This document shows positions 30,432 to 41,223 of a stretch of 64,000 nt of DNA, piece after piece. The notes below the pieces were generated by a model, which saw only the letters and a program-made list of their open reading frames with translations, ran no database searches and had not been told where the DNA came from. The position numbers were made by a program, and so were the translations under genes. How positions within the stretch are numbered: position 1 is the stretch's first letter; the number at the start of each line of letters is the position of its first letter. Origin of the DNA: a virus (Duplodnaviria > Caudoviricetes); the IMG/VR virus record IMGVR_UViG_3300026519_000012, positions 751-64,750 of that record. One strand, written 5' to 3'.

Positions 30432-31627
30432 TATATAATATCTCCCATCCTTAACGTTTCAAATTGTAAATTATTATCATCAATTTCATCCAGAGATAAA
30501 AACTCTGGCGTAAAATTATCCAATTCATTTAGCAGTGTGCTTTCAGTTGTTTGCTTTTGCTCATTGATTTGTTTAATTAACTCTAACCTGTCCTGTTCTG
30601 CCGGTTTCGTGGGGGCGACGGGTATCGGTGTGCTAAACAGTGTAAATCTGCCTTTGCTTTGTTTGACAGCCTGACCAGATTTGTCCAACCCACCTAGTAT
30701 GCTCGTCCTTTGCTGCCCTTTTGGTATGTTTGGTACGTTTGGTACATTAGCAAAAATCTCATTTAAATCTAAATATAACGTATCTAACTCCGTTTGTTTT
30801 CTTAGCTTCTTCTGTTTAATCCACCGAGATTCAGCTTTCTGTTTTACCGCGATCTCTTTTAGTGCCGCTGCCGATATCAATTTAACTGTTTTATTTTTAT
30901 TGCGCGCCAATGATTTATTATTGATATGATTAGTGATGATTTTAGTTATACTTTTTTTTAGGATTTCCACATATAATCGCATTTGACTATCAGACTGTGC
31001 CACATTATCCAGCGTAAAAAACATACTAACCAAACTATCATATTTACTAACAAATCTATTAAATGTTGGCCAGCCCATTGATCCGCTTGTGAGTGACAAA
31101 TATCTCCGCGCTAATTCATTGGCCTCTGCCAACAAAAAATCATCAATCCTAGACAATTGAAAATGCATCTTAGCTTTCAAACGTAACAAATCCATTTGCC
31201 CAGCATGACTATTATCTGTCCATTTTTGTTCACTAATCTCAAAAAACGTATATACAAAATACCCTTTTGGATCGTGCCTATACAATCGCTGCAATGCTAC
31301 AAAATCTGTTCGCAACCATGCCGGACTGATAACCGTCAACTGTGCATACTCTAACAACATCACCTGCGCATCAATATCATTATATACACTAGCCAATTGA
31401 TTTAATTCTGCCTCTGTGCGATACCCCAAAAATCTCCCACTTTTATTACAGATCAACCTACTTAAACTCTCTAACCGATCATCAGACAATTGATCCGCCA
31501 GCGCAATAACCGACAACCGTTCTTCGTTGCACCGTGTAAAATGCTTACGTAGTTGTCCGTCCGTGATATTGACTACCTTATCAATAATCTTACGTTCGTT
31601 CCGTTTTAATGGCCATGCTGACTTCAT
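30431..31627 (-). CDS. Hypothetical protein
   Basis: 398 aa coupled to the helicase; no motif recognised. Confidence 0.6.
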   Translation of the reverse strand: MKSAWPLKRNERKIIDKVVNITDGQLRKHFTRCNEERLSVIALADQLSDDRLESLSRLICNKSGRFLGYRTEAELNQLASVYNDIDAQVMLLEYAQLTVISPAWLRTDFVALQRLYRHDPKGYFVYTFFEISEQKWTDNSHAGQMDLLRLKAKMHFQLSRIDDFLLAEANELARRYLSLTSGSMGWPTFNRFVSKYDSLVSMFFTLDNVAQSDSQMRLYVEILKKSITKIITNHINNKSLARNKNKTVKLISAAALKEIAVKQKAESRWIKQKKLRKQTELDTLYLDLNEIFANVPNVPNIPKGQQRTSILGGLDKSGQAVKQSKGRFTLFSTPIPVAPTKPAEQDRLELIKQINEQKQTTESTLLNELDNFTPEFLSLDEIDDNNLQFETLRMGDII

Positions 31628-31989
31628 TTTAAACTCTCCTCTTCATCCTTTTGGATTTTGGCCAGCGTCCGCCAGCTACGGTTTTCCGCGAACAAATTAA
31701 CAATAGGCTTACTCTCCGCTGGGCGCTTAAACGGTATAGTATATTCCCAGTACTCACTACCATCATATTCTGAGCGCCACATTTTATGACCCGTGCTGAA
31801 AACAATTATCAAATCCTTAGCAACTACCAGCGTGCCGTAATTGCTAGCATACTCTTTATTCGCCAATACTTTAAATTGTTCCCACGTACAGGAATGCCCG
31901 CTACGTTCGGAGCCGATGAATATGATGTCCTTAATAGAATGCTCACCATTTGTCATAGCTCGTTTAGTCTCTTCAAGCAAGTTCGGCAT
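31624..31989 (-). CDS. Conserved phage hypothetical protein
   Basis: AGAGG RBS; WRSEYDGSEYWEY motif. Confidence 0.65.
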   Translation of the reverse strand: MPNLLEETKRAMTNGEHSIKDIIFIGSERSGHSCTWEQFKVLANKEYASNYGTLVVAKDLIIVFSTGHKMWRSEYDGSEYWEYTIPFKRPAESKPIVNLFAENRSWRTLAKIQKDEEESLK

Positions 31990-32723
31990 AATTATTTTTC
32001 CTCTTTTTAATTAAATTACTGTTTAACTATTTAATATATATATGTAGTGTAGCACAGTAGGTACTAAATTACAAGCTCTTTAACACAATATAGCAGGATA
32101 TGAGACAGAATAACACAATATATGTATTCATGTCAATAACAATAACAATTTCATGACACTAACATTAAATCATAACCTTTGCACTAAAATAGTGCATAAT
32201 TACCTAACAGTGCACTAAAATGAACCAAAATAGCACAGCTTAATTACTAATTAAATCAAGCACTTACAATACATGCACCAAAATAGTGCAAAAATGCCTA
32301 ACATTGCACCATAACAGTGCAATAACATAACAAAATCGCGACCCCCCTCTATAATTTTAAAATCGTAATTACAGGATCCACAACCCTAATACGCCGGTTT
32401 ACTAACTGTAAAGTGATCGGCCAATTACGATTATTTATTTGCGCATTACGATTCTGCAATGAGGGGGGGGGTTGCTAAAACTGTTAAGTTTTTACCTTAA
32501 CACTAACAAAATCAGGCACTTACATTTTTTACGTGTTAGAAAATACTAGCTTTTTTAATAATAGCATATAAATCAATAACTTAAAGACCTAACATGTTAG
32601 TTAGTCCTAAAAAATAACTAACACCCCTAACGTGCATCTGTTATGTTATGCTATGTTAGTTCCATTGGCATTTTATTCCAATATATACATACGCCCACAC
32701 CCTCACCGCACACAAAATAATAT

Positions 32724-32752
32724 TTGACACAAGCGCGCCGATTGAGTATAAT
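32724..32752 (+). promoter_or_regulatory. Consensus sigma70 promoter
   Basis: TTGACA-17 bp-TATAAT exact match. Confidence 0.85.
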
Positions 32753-32786
32753 AGCGACTCAACCAACCAATTATGAGGGTAACAAA

Positions 32787-33575
32787 ATGACCGCAACCGG
32801 AACCATCGAAACCGCCGTAACCGATCCATCGCCACTTCAAAATATCAAGCGTACAATTATCGCTGCGGACAAAGTGGCCGCTGAGGCCGAAGCTATTGCC
32901 GGGATTGCCGAATTGTGTAATGATGAAGGCGTCCCATTCACTGCATCATTTCCTGCTGGCCAATTTCCTGCTGACCACAATTTGGCAATATATCCTATAC
33001 GCCAAAAAGCTGACATTGGCAAAGGCTCGTCGGTAGTTGAGATTATCGCGCTCGCGCTGCCAACATTAGATAACTTGCTCAACCACGCAACACTAGGCAA
33101 ACAGGCTCGCGGATTTGTTGAGGATTGCGTTAATGCTGTATTGCTGCGCAAAGGTGTAGCAGCCAGCCAAAAAGATGATGCAATCCTGCCACAAACAGTC
33201 GCGGATTTTATCATCACCAAGCGTGGCGGCGGTGGCATAATGGCCGGATTTAACGATATCGCTGGCTATTTTGTCAAATTTTTAAAAGGTCGTAATTTCC
33301 CCGATACGTTCGATAAAAATATGCTTCGTCAATGCCTATCAAATGCAGCCGCTGCCGATCAATGGTTCGGCCATTTTGTAACTCAGGATACATGGCGCGC
33401 TATTCTAGGCAAAATGGCTGAGTTCGCCGAAGCTAAAGGCCTGCCCACTGATATATACCATGAGTGGGCAGCACAACGGGACGAAGCAGAATTTGTTATA
33501 GATACCATCAATCTGGATAGCGCACTGGGCGCACTGGCTCCACCAGCCCAGACAGTTCCATCGGCGCAACAATAA
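32787..33575 (+). CDS. Hypothetical early protein
   Basis: GAGGG RBS before ATG 32787, downstream of the promoter. Confidence 0.65.
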   Translation: MTATGTIETAVTDPSPLQNIKRTIIAADKVAAEAEAIAGIAELCNDEGVPFTASFPAGQFPADHNLAIYPIRQKADIGKGSSVVEIIALALPTLDNLLNHATLGKQARGFVEDCVNAVLLRKGVAASQKDDAILPQTVADFIITKRGGGGIMAGFNDIAGYFVKFLKGRNFPDTFDKNMLRQCLSNAAAADQWFGHFVTQDTWRAILGKMAEFAEAKGLPTDIYHEWAAQRDEAEFVIDTINLDSALGALAPPAQTVPSAQQ

Positions 33576-33585
33576 ACGATAACAC

Positions 33586-33617
33586 AACCCCCCCTCTCAA
33601 TAGAGGGGATTTTAATT
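33586..33617 (+). terminator. Probable intrinsic terminator
   Basis: CCCCTCT-caat-AGAGGGG followed by ATTTT. Confidence 0.55.
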
Positions 33618-33781
33618 TGCGCATTTGCATTTTGTAACAATCAACAATCAACACTAGGCAAATGCGCAAATTAAAATAAAGCAAAATAAATCAAAATAAT
33701 TATTGACAATTGTACAGCCGCGTGTAATAATAACCCCTCAATCAATTAATAAATTAATCAACATTTTAAGGGGGTTGCAGC

Positions 33782-34018
33782 ATGTCAAAACACATTACGC
33801 CAAAACAGGCAGGCGAACATATCACGGATCAAGAGATCCAACTGATACTAACATTACCCGCAATCACCGCTAGTATGGAGTTAGTTAACAATTACGGCGT
33901 AACGGTATCAACACACCCAACGCTGCCCGGTGTGCTAACATACACATTACCACGACACACATTTCACTGGTATCGTGCTGACAGGTATTTAACCCTAGAT
34001 AATGAGCAGGTGGCATAA
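33782..34018 (+). CDS. Hypothetical protein
   Basis: Preceded by TTGACA-17-AATAAT (33703-33731) and a G-rich RBS. Confidence 0.5.
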   Translation: MSKHITPKQAGEHITDQEIQLILTLPAITASMELVNNYGVTVSTHPTLPGVLTYTLPRHTFHWYRADRYLTLDNEQVA

Positions 34019-34479
34019 TATGGACACCAAAATAATCGTATCTGACGGCCAGAATTTCCACGATTTTAGCGCCCGCCAAAAGGCTCTCGTGACAAAAACG
34101 TTTGAATTTTGCCCATGGGCTAGCCATTCATTTATTTTTGGCCATTTTCTGCCTGACGGTTTATGCCCGGTTCAAAGCGTTGGGAGTTAATTTCGGGCAT
34201 TGCTGATGATCGAGCGGTCTGGCGGAACAGCAACACTAAGCACGAGATTGTTATTGTCGATTCCGGCTACACAAAAGCTGCGCAGACGTGTGATTTTACA
34301 GGGGGGGGGCTATACCCCCCATTTTTTATTTGGCCGTCTGTGTATAAATAGTCGCGCACAAAATTTTTTGTAAAAAAATTTCACCTAAGGAATATTAATG
34401 GCTATCTTACATGACATCACCACTGTAATATTTGGATTTACTTGTATTGTGATATTAACTACTGTTGTAGGATGGGTGT

Positions 34480-35061
34480 TTGGTGGCTAGTCTACTGGCG
34501 CAACTGAGTGAAGAACAGAAAGAGCTTGCACAGCGTAAGGTTGCAGAATTTACAGTGCAAGGTCTGCCGGACGTCCAAATTGCTTCGGTCATTGGTGTAC
34601 CGGAAGAGCTGGTGGCGGAAATTAAATTGCAGGCAGCATATATCACAATAGAAGCGCGTTTAAAAACAGAGGCACTAACCAAGACGGCGAATATCAGTGC
34701 TGCATGGGATACGGCAGAGGCGCGAGCTTTGGAAGTTGTCAATAAATATTTGCAGGTCAATAGTGATCCCGATTATGCTATTAAGGTGGCAGGAATGGCC
34801 AACAGGGCGGTGCGCAGAAGTACGGGGGAAACTGTCAATGCTACAACCGCCGGGGACAAAGCAATAACTATTAACTTGCAAACTACTTATATTGAAAACT
34901 TACAAAATAATGCGAACCTTGAAATTGGCAAGGAAAAGCAGAAAGAGCCCCAGCATGTAATGAATATGATGAACCCGCGAGAAGCTGAGGAGTTATTATT
35001 CTCACCTGCTGAAGAGGATGCGCGGGCAGTTCATTTGCTAGGCCGTAAACCAGATGGGTGA
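34480..35061 (+). CDS. Putative terminase small subunit (phage B)
   Basis: HTH-like QIASVIGVPEELV; overlaps the TerL start. Confidence 0.6.
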   Translation: MVASLLAQLSEEQKELAQRKVAEFTVQGLPDVQIASVIGVPEELVAEIKLQAAYITIEARLKTEALTKTANISAAWDTAEARALEVVNKYLQVNSDPDYAIKVAGMANRAVRRSTGETVNATTAGDKAITINLQTTYIENLQNNANLEIGKEKQKEPQHVMNMMNPREAEELLFSPAEEDARAVHLLGRKPDG

Positions 35062-36523
35062 AGCGCAGGTAGCGGTTAATTTAGCCGAAGTAAAAACTCG
35101 ACTTCGCGAGGATAAAGAGTTTTTCATACAGTTCTACTTAGGTCATGAAATCCATCTGCCTGTTCCGCAATTTCATGTTGATGTGTTGAGCGCGATGGTC
35201 AATCCAGAAGTGTTAAAATTTGCTTGTGCAATACCGCGAGACCATGCAAAAACTACGCTGGCAAAACTAGCAGCGGTTGATTCCATAGTATTTACAGACA
35301 ATAAATTTACGCTGTATCTATCAAACACCCTACCCATAGCGAAACCAGCAACACAAGATATTATTAACTTTTTACTTACACCTAATTCCATAGCGGTTTT
35401 CGGGGAACCTAAATTCATTATTGATCGCCCTAACGAGGGGTATTTTGTATTTGAGCTGGGCGGGAGAGTCAAGATATTGAAGGCTTTTGGTGCGGGGCAG
35501 CAAGTGCGCGGATTGAATGTATTGCACGCACGCCCAGATCTAGTAGTTGTGGATGATCTGGAAGACACGGATAACATCGCCACGCCGGAACTGTTTAAAA
35601 AGTTAAAACGATGGTTTTACGGGAATTTATTAAAAGCCACCAATAAATTTAATAAGAAAATAATATGGCTTGGAAATTTAATTGAGAAAGAATCGATGCT
35701 TTATGAGCATTGCCATAGCCAGTTTTGGCATTCTAGACTATATGGGGCAATTTTAAATACAGGCGAGCCTTTATGGCCGGATGCGTGGTCGCTGGAAGCA
35801 TTGCAGGCTGACTATCAAGAATACGCGGAAACGGGGATGGCAGACGTATGGTTTGCAGAGATGATGAATATTCCTATGGGCGGCAAATCATCTTTAATTC
35901 AAGCCGGTGAAATACAGTATGTAGCTCCTATTGCTCCTGGCGACGCGACACATGGGTTTATTACTGTCGATTTAGCAATCTCGGAAGAGAAATGGGCGCA
36001 TAAAACCACTATTACTGTACACATGTTAATAGAAGAAACTGCCACATCTGATGTATATTGGCAAATAGTGTGGGAGAATGCATATTTAGGAATAGACACG
36101 ATTAAATTATTTTGGGAGTTAGTAGAGGTTGCGGAAACTTGGCAAATCAATGTCATTGGGATAGAAGACGCCGCATATCAAAAATCTTTACAGTCAGTCT
36201 ACCCGCATCTTTGTTTATTGCACAATGTACAGGGATTGATATTTAGGCCTGTGCCCGCGTCGAAACGTTTAATATTAAGGCTGTCTGCATTTGCTGGATA
36301 TCTAAAACGCGGGTATTACAAATTAACAGAAGGGGATTTTAGGATAACTAAACAACTACTGTCTTTCGATCCTCAAAAGAAACATAATGAAGATGACAGT
36401 ATTGATGGTGCCGCTCAAGGTGTGTATATGATAGATGCGTATATAACAGAGATAATGGCAAACAAAGAACGGCTAAATTCTACATCTTTAGCCACAACTA
36501 TAGCAGAATTTGCAGAGGTCTAA
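35054..36523 (+). CDS. terL: Terminase large subunit (phage B)
   Basis: AIPRDHAKTT, RPDLVVVDDLED, ITVDLAIS, GIEDAAYQ, HNEDDSIDG. Confidence 0.9.
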   Translation: MGEAQVAVNLAEVKTRLREDKEFFIQFYLGHEIHLPVPQFHVDVLSAMVNPEVLKFACAIPRDHAKTTLAKLAAVDSIVFTDNKFTLYLSNTLPIAKPATQDIINFLLTPNSIAVFGEPKFIIDRPNEGYFVFELGGRVKILKAFGAGQQVRGLNVLHARPDLVVVDDLEDTDNIATPELFKKLKRWFYGNLLKATNKFNKKIIWLGNLIEKESMLYEHCHSQFWHSRLYGAILNTGEPLWPDAWSLEALQADYQEYAETGMADVWFAEMMNIPMGGKSSLIQAGEIQYVAPIAPGDATHGFITVDLAISEEKWAHKTTITVHMLIEETATSDVYWQIVWENAYLGIDTIKLFWELVEVAETWQINVIGIEDAAYQKSLQSVYPHLCLLHNVQGLIFRPVPASKRLILRLSAFAGYLKRGYYKLTEGDFRITKQLLSFDPQKKHNEDDSIDGAAQGVYMIDAYITEIMANKERLNSTSLATTIAEFAEV

Positions 36524-36524
36524 T

Positions 36525-38435
36525 ATGGCGCGTAGTAAGAACACTTCCGTACAAATAAGCGAAACGCTAATTATCACAACCAAACAGCACGAGCGGTTGT
36601 TGAAATATTTAAAATCTAGATTGGAAGTTGGCAAAAATCACCGGGACGCACGTGTGGAACGGTATCGCTCAATCGATAAACAAATTGCTGGGTATTTGCG
36701 GCTGAGTAAAGAAGACAGAAAACGAGAAGCCGAATCATCTGCGGGTTTTTCTGTAAAACCTCACGATGTTAGTTTGCCCCTAGCTATGGTACAACTGGAT
36801 GAGGCGTTAACATTTTTAATGACTGCTCTTGCCCCAGACGATGGGATGTATAAAGCGTTTGCGGCGAAGGAGTATCAAGACGCTGCGAAGGCGTTTGCTG
36901 CTGTGATGAATGAACATGCGGAAATGTACGACCATTATACGAATGTGGCCATGTGCATTTTTGACCAGCTTAAATATAACGAAGGCGGTTTACGCACCCA
37001 ATGGATGGCAGAAAATGTCCCTTTCGTTGGTACAGTAACTGGCACGCAAGAAGCTCTCATAGAAGAAAATCCGCTAGATTCCGTAGAGGGAAATCAGCTA
37101 CTTGCACTGGATATGTACAATACTCTATATGACCCCAGTGTCCCGCTAAATAGATTAGCAAAAGAGGGGGAATTTGTGGCGTGGGTAGATAAGCCGTTAC
37201 CTTATAGAGTAGACAAAATGGCAGGTGCGGGAATAATTCATGGGGTGGGGCGGTTTTTATCCTATGATGCCGAAACAGGCTATACTATAAGTGGCAAAGG
37301 TGGATATTACGAAACTAGGCCAGTAATTAATAGTTTAACAGCCGCAGGCAAGGCTGACAGTAGAGGTATGGACTGGGCAGCGATATTAACGCAAGCATCT
37401 GGCACACGAATAGCTGGCGGACCTGAGTTAGTAACTATTGTTTGTTGGATCAAGTCCGGGGCGTTTGGTTTATCACCTAAAAAGAATACTGCTTTTGAGT
37501 TATGGCAATTCACCATTGCACAATGTGAATACATAGTATCTGCTACGTTACTGACAAATGTTCACCAACAATTGCCCGTATCTATAGGTAGGATATGGAC
37601 AGACGGTTTCGAGTATCAAACTAAGTCTTATAGTGAAATGCTTTTACCATTCCAGCGATTTTCCAGCTTCCAACTCAACGTCCACACACGTGCACAAAGA
37701 AAGAAATTATATGGGTTGACCGTTTTTGATAAACGCGTTTTTCCTGATTTGGATACAGAAGCGGTTAATGGTGGGATGTATGGAACTGATGGAACAACGA
37801 CAATAAAAAACATCCGTGACCATATTACACAATTTAACGAGGCTCCGGATACTTCAAGTGCGCTAACTGATATTCAAGTAATGTCAGATATCATGCAAAA
37901 TATTCTACCTACACAATTAGACCGGCAAGTGGCAGGGCTGGAACGTGCCACGCAATATCAAGCCGCAGCTGTAGTGCAGGCGTCAAATAAGAGAAATTTA
38001 AAGATCGCACGTACAATTAATGCCCAAACTTTAAATACTGTGCGCCATCAAATGTATTGGAATGTTCTAAGCTACCAGAAAGCTATCACGTTGTTTGATA
38101 CTCAAGGGAAGCCAATCGAAGTCAATCCCAAAGAGATACGTTCTTCCAAGGTGAAATTCGCACTTGCGGATATGCTTTCAGGTGTAGACAAACTGGCAAT
38201 ACTTATGAATCTTAAAGACATTCTTCCGAGTATTATACAGTCGCAAGCGGCACTGCAACGGATAGACATTGTAGGACTTTTGAATTATTATACTTCACTA
38301 AGCGGGGATGTTACTGATCTAACTGCCTTCGAGTTTAAACATCCTTTGGATGCCTTACCGCAAGAGCAGAAAGATGTTGCTATGCAATTATTACAGACGG
38401 CTATGGCAGAGCAGAACAATGCTGGCGGCGTATAA
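36525..38435 (+). CDS. Portal protein (phage B)
   Basis: ~640 aa directly after TerL; start probably MARSK. Confidence 0.75.
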   Translation: MARSKNTSVQISETLIITTKQHERLLKYLKSRLEVGKNHRDARVERYRSIDKQIAGYLRLSKEDRKREAESSAGFSVKPHDVSLPLAMVQLDEALTFLMTALAPDDGMYKAFAAKEYQDAAKAFAAVMNEHAEMYDHYTNVAMCIFDQLKYNEGGLRTQWMAENVPFVGTVTGTQEALIEENPLDSVEGNQLLALDMYNTLYDPSVPLNRLAKEGEFVAWVDKPLPYRVDKMAGAGIIHGVGRFLSYDAETGYTISGKGGYYETRPVINSLTAAGKADSRGMDWAAILTQASGTRIAGGPELVTIVCWIKSGAFGLSPKKNTAFELWQFTIAQCEYIVSATLLTNVHQQLPVSIGRIWTDGFEYQTKSYSEMLLPFQRFSSFQLNVHTRAQRKKLYGLTVFDKRVFPDLDTEAVNGGMYGTDGTTTIKNIRDHITQFNEAPDTSSALTDIQVMSDIMQNILPTQLDRQVAGLERATQYQAAAVVQASNKRNLKIARTINAQTLNTVRHQMYWNVLSYQKAITLFDTQGKPIEVNPKEIRSSKVKFALADMLSGVDKLAILMNLKDILPSIIQSQAALQRIDIVGLLNYYTSLSGDVTDLTAFEFKHPLDALPQEQKDVAMQLLQTAMAEQNNAGGV

Positions 38436-38676
38436 ACAGCTAGACGCGCTCACTCAGCAGCATATTTTATTATCTACACCTACTGCCGCGTATATTTTAT
38501 TAGCCGAAAAAGAGCGTCAACGGCTATGTGAAGAATTACAGGCATTACACCGCCTGTCTGATGCTGAGCTAATTGCTAGTTACCGCAATCTTACTGCACG
38601 TATAGAAACTGTGGATGGCTTAATTAGTTTTTACACTTATTTAACAACCAAGTTGGAGGAAATACACAATGTTTAA
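38419..38676 (+). CDS. Small hypothetical protein
   Basis: Probable start MLAAYK; lies between portal and scaffold. Confidence 0.5.
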   Translation: MLAAYKQLDALTQQHILLSTPTAAYILLAEKERQRLCEELQALHRLSDAELIASYRNLTARIETVDGLISFYTYLTTKLEEIHNV

Positions 38677-39352
38677 ATTACTTGAAAAGCTGGAAGAAGA
38701 GTCTACAGGCGGGGAGCCCGCGCCTACGGGTGCGGAGGAAGTAAAACCTAACACCGAAACTAACGTTGACCCTTATGCTACAATGTGGCAACCGCCGAAA
38801 GAGGAAGAGCCAAAGGAACAAGCAGCAGTTCAGGTTGTACAACAAGCGCCGCAGACGTATAATATCGATGCGCATATTGAAAGTTTAGGGCTTGCGCCAC
38901 CAGTAAATACGGAATTATTCCAGTCCGCCTTGCAAGGTGACGCGGAAGCTATGCAGAATGTTCTACAGGCAAACAGTAACCAAATATATAAACAAATGCT
39001 TGGTGATGTCAACAAGTTGATTACCGCTAAGATTGCCGCAGCCGTAGATAGCGCGGGCGCTGCAACAGGGGCGCAAATTAACGACAAGCTGGCCATGAAC
39101 GCTTTAGCCTCTGAAGTTCCGGCCTCACGAAATCCGGCTATCCAACCAATGGTGGAAGCAGCATTTAAACAATTTTTGCAAACTAAGTCAGTAAGCGAGG
39201 CAATTGCAGAAACTAAGAAATATTTAGCTTACGTTGGCACCACAATAGGGGACTCACAGACCGCCAATGTGGGTCAGCAAGGTGAATTGAACGACGGCTC
39301 TGTCACATCAGGGGCTAAAGAAGAAGACTGGCTCGAATTGTTAAAAGGGTGA
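38669..39352 (+). CDS. Putative scaffolding protein (phage B)
   Basis: Acidic, Ala/Gln-rich helical protein preceding the capsid gene. Confidence 0.6.
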   Translation: MFKLLEKLEEESTGGEPAPTGAEEVKPNTETNVDPYATMWQPPKEEEPKEQAAVQVVQQAPQTYNIDAHIESLGLAPPVNTELFQSALQGDAEAMQNVLQANSNQIYKQMLGDVNKLITAKIAAAVDSAGAATGAQINDKLAMNALASEVPASRNPAIQPMVEAAFKQFLQTKSVSEAIAETKKYLAYVGTTIGDSQTANVGQQGELNDGSVTSGAKEEDWLELLKG

Positions 39353-39380
39353 CAATGGGCACAACTAGGAGATTTAACTA

Positions 39381-40547
39381 ATGGCTGTAAAAGGTGTATT
39401 TACTTCCGATGCGAATGTGAATTCTTCACGTAAAGGTGATTTTGCTAGTGGTGTGTTGTATGGCGCGCCTGCTGGTTCTGCGCCACTGCTTGCTTTATCG
39501 GCGGGGATGAAATCAGCAGATGCAATGGATACCGCAACTCACTGGTTCGAGCAGAATCATATCTCTGGCAGGGAAGAGATTATCAATAATGCAGGTGTTG
39601 GGGACACTATTGTAGTACGCGATGCGTCTGCTATCATTCCGGGTATTTTATACTGGGTGGAAACTACAGGAGAATATATATTCGTTCTTGCGGTTTCAGG
39701 AACGACATTAACGGTACAGCGTGCTTTCGGGGAAACTGTGGCGGCGAACATTGATGGTACAGGGACTGCTGTTGATATGCAGCGTATATCTTCTGCACAT
39801 GAAGAGGGATCAAGTAAACCAGTTGCTTTAGCTTATATCGCAGAACCTAAATGGCAGTACCAGCAAATTTTTCGTAACACTTGGGATGTCACCAATACTA
39901 CCGCCGCCGTTTCTTATCACACTGGCGATGTTGTAGCTTCTAATCGTGCGGATGCGGCAAATCTCCATGCAGAAGATCAAGAGCGCGCCTTTTGGTGGTC
40001 ACGTATGGCTGTCGGTTCACAGAACGGTAAACCTTTCCGCACAATGGCTGGAATTGACAGTCGGATCGTTACTAATGTTCGTGCGCAAGGGGCAAATACG
40101 CAAGCGCAGCACTTGAATTCGTGGATGAAGGATATTCACCGTACGAATATTAAAGGGCAAGCTGATGAGCGTATTTACTTTGCTGGCAATACCGCTTTGG
40201 AAGTGATTAATAAACTTGCTGCTATTAATGGGACAACACAGCTACAGCCGGGCACTACTGAATACGGACTAAAAGTTATGAAGTGGCTCACACCTTTTGG
40301 GGATATGTCAATCATGACAGCGCCATTAATGAGTGAATCGCCTGTATGGACGAAGAGTTTATATGCTTTGCATCCAGCTGCTTTGCGCACACGTTATCTG
40401 CGACGTACTACTCATGAAGATAACGCGCAAGATAATGGCGTCGACGCCACTTCTGGTGTATTTACTACAGAATGTTCTATAGAGCTATTGAAAGAAAGTG
40501 TTTGTGGAAAATTCACTGGCATTGATACAGCCGCTGCTGATAGTTAA
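39381..40547 (+). CDS. Major capsid protein (DUF5309/SU10-like)
   Basis: HWFE, QIFRN, ERAFWW, RTMAGI, EYGLKV..WLTPFG motifs; strong AGGAG RBS. Confidence 0.8.
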   Translation: MAVKGVFTSDANVNSSRKGDFASGVLYGAPAGSAPLLALSAGMKSADAMDTATHWFEQNHISGREEIINNAGVGDTIVVRDASAIIPGILYWVETTGEYIFVLAVSGTTLTVQRAFGETVAANIDGTGTAVDMQRISSAHEEGSSKPVALAYIAEPKWQYQQIFRNTWDVTNTTAAVSYHTGDVVASNRADAANLHAEDQERAFWWSRMAVGSQNGKPFRTMAGIDSRIVTNVRAQGANTQAQHLNSWMKDIHRTNIKGQADERIYFAGNTALEVINKLAAINGTTQLQPGTTEYGLKVMKWLTPFGDMSIMTAPLMSESPVWTKSLYALHPAALRTRYLRRTTHEDNAQDNGVDATSGVFTTECSIELLKESVCGKFTGIDTAAADS

Positions 40548-40564
40548 CCGTTAGGAGAAATGAC

Positions 40565-40810
40565 ATGGCTTTAGTTTTTGTACCTGTAGGTGGGTACTCC
40601 AATATTACACAGGTGGTTTCGGCTGCTGCACAGACTGCGATACTAGCTGAAATTGATAAATTCGCAGGCGTGCTTCCTGATCCGGAGGCATCCCCTCCAA
40701 CGCAAGGGGCAAGCCCAGATTATGATGCTATTCGTTCGGATGTGATTAAGAATATCCGCGTGGAGTTGGACGCCTTGAAAGCTGCTATTGATGCAGCACC
40801 TACAGTATGA
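40565..40810 (+). CDS. Hypothetical virion protein
   Basis: AGGAG RBS after the capsid gene. Confidence 0.55.
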   Translation: MALVFVPVGGYSNITQVVSAAAQTAILAEIDKFAGVLPDPEASPPTQGASPDYDAIRSDVIKNIRVELDALKAAIDAAPTV

Positions 40811-41223
40811 GCAAAGTATACTTCGCAAGCAAAAATAGCCCTACGTTTAAAATCAGCTTGGGGTCTACGCTTGTGGAGTTTCTTGATGGCGGTTACGTGC
40901 TTGATCCTGAAGACAAGGAAGAGGCGGCGATACTTAAAGAGCTACGCAACGAATTAGCACGCAAACGTAGTTCTTTGCCTTTGCATATCTATGAGGTATC
41001 CTCTTTGCAGGCAGAAGCTATTGTACGCGAGCATCAAAAATCTCGACCGCGTACGGCTGTAAAAGGTTCACAGGATTCTGGGCAGCATAACAATCTGGCT
41101 AAGAACCTTGCGTTCAATGAAGCTCTTGGCCGTGCAGTCGCCAGCAAGGATAACAAAGGCATTATACCGAAAGATAGCATGCCTATTGTTGAAGCCGGTG
41201 CCGGAAGTAGACAGGTGTTGTAA
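40807..41223 (+). CDS. Hypothetical protein
   Basis: Coupled ORF. Confidence 0.5.
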   Translation: MSKVYFASKNSPTFKISLGSTLVEFLDGGYVLDPEDKEEAAILKELRNELARKRSSLPLHIYEVSSLQAEAIVREHQKSRPRTAVKGSQDSGQHNNLAKNLAFNEALGRAVASKDNKGIIPKDSMPIVEAGAGSRQVL

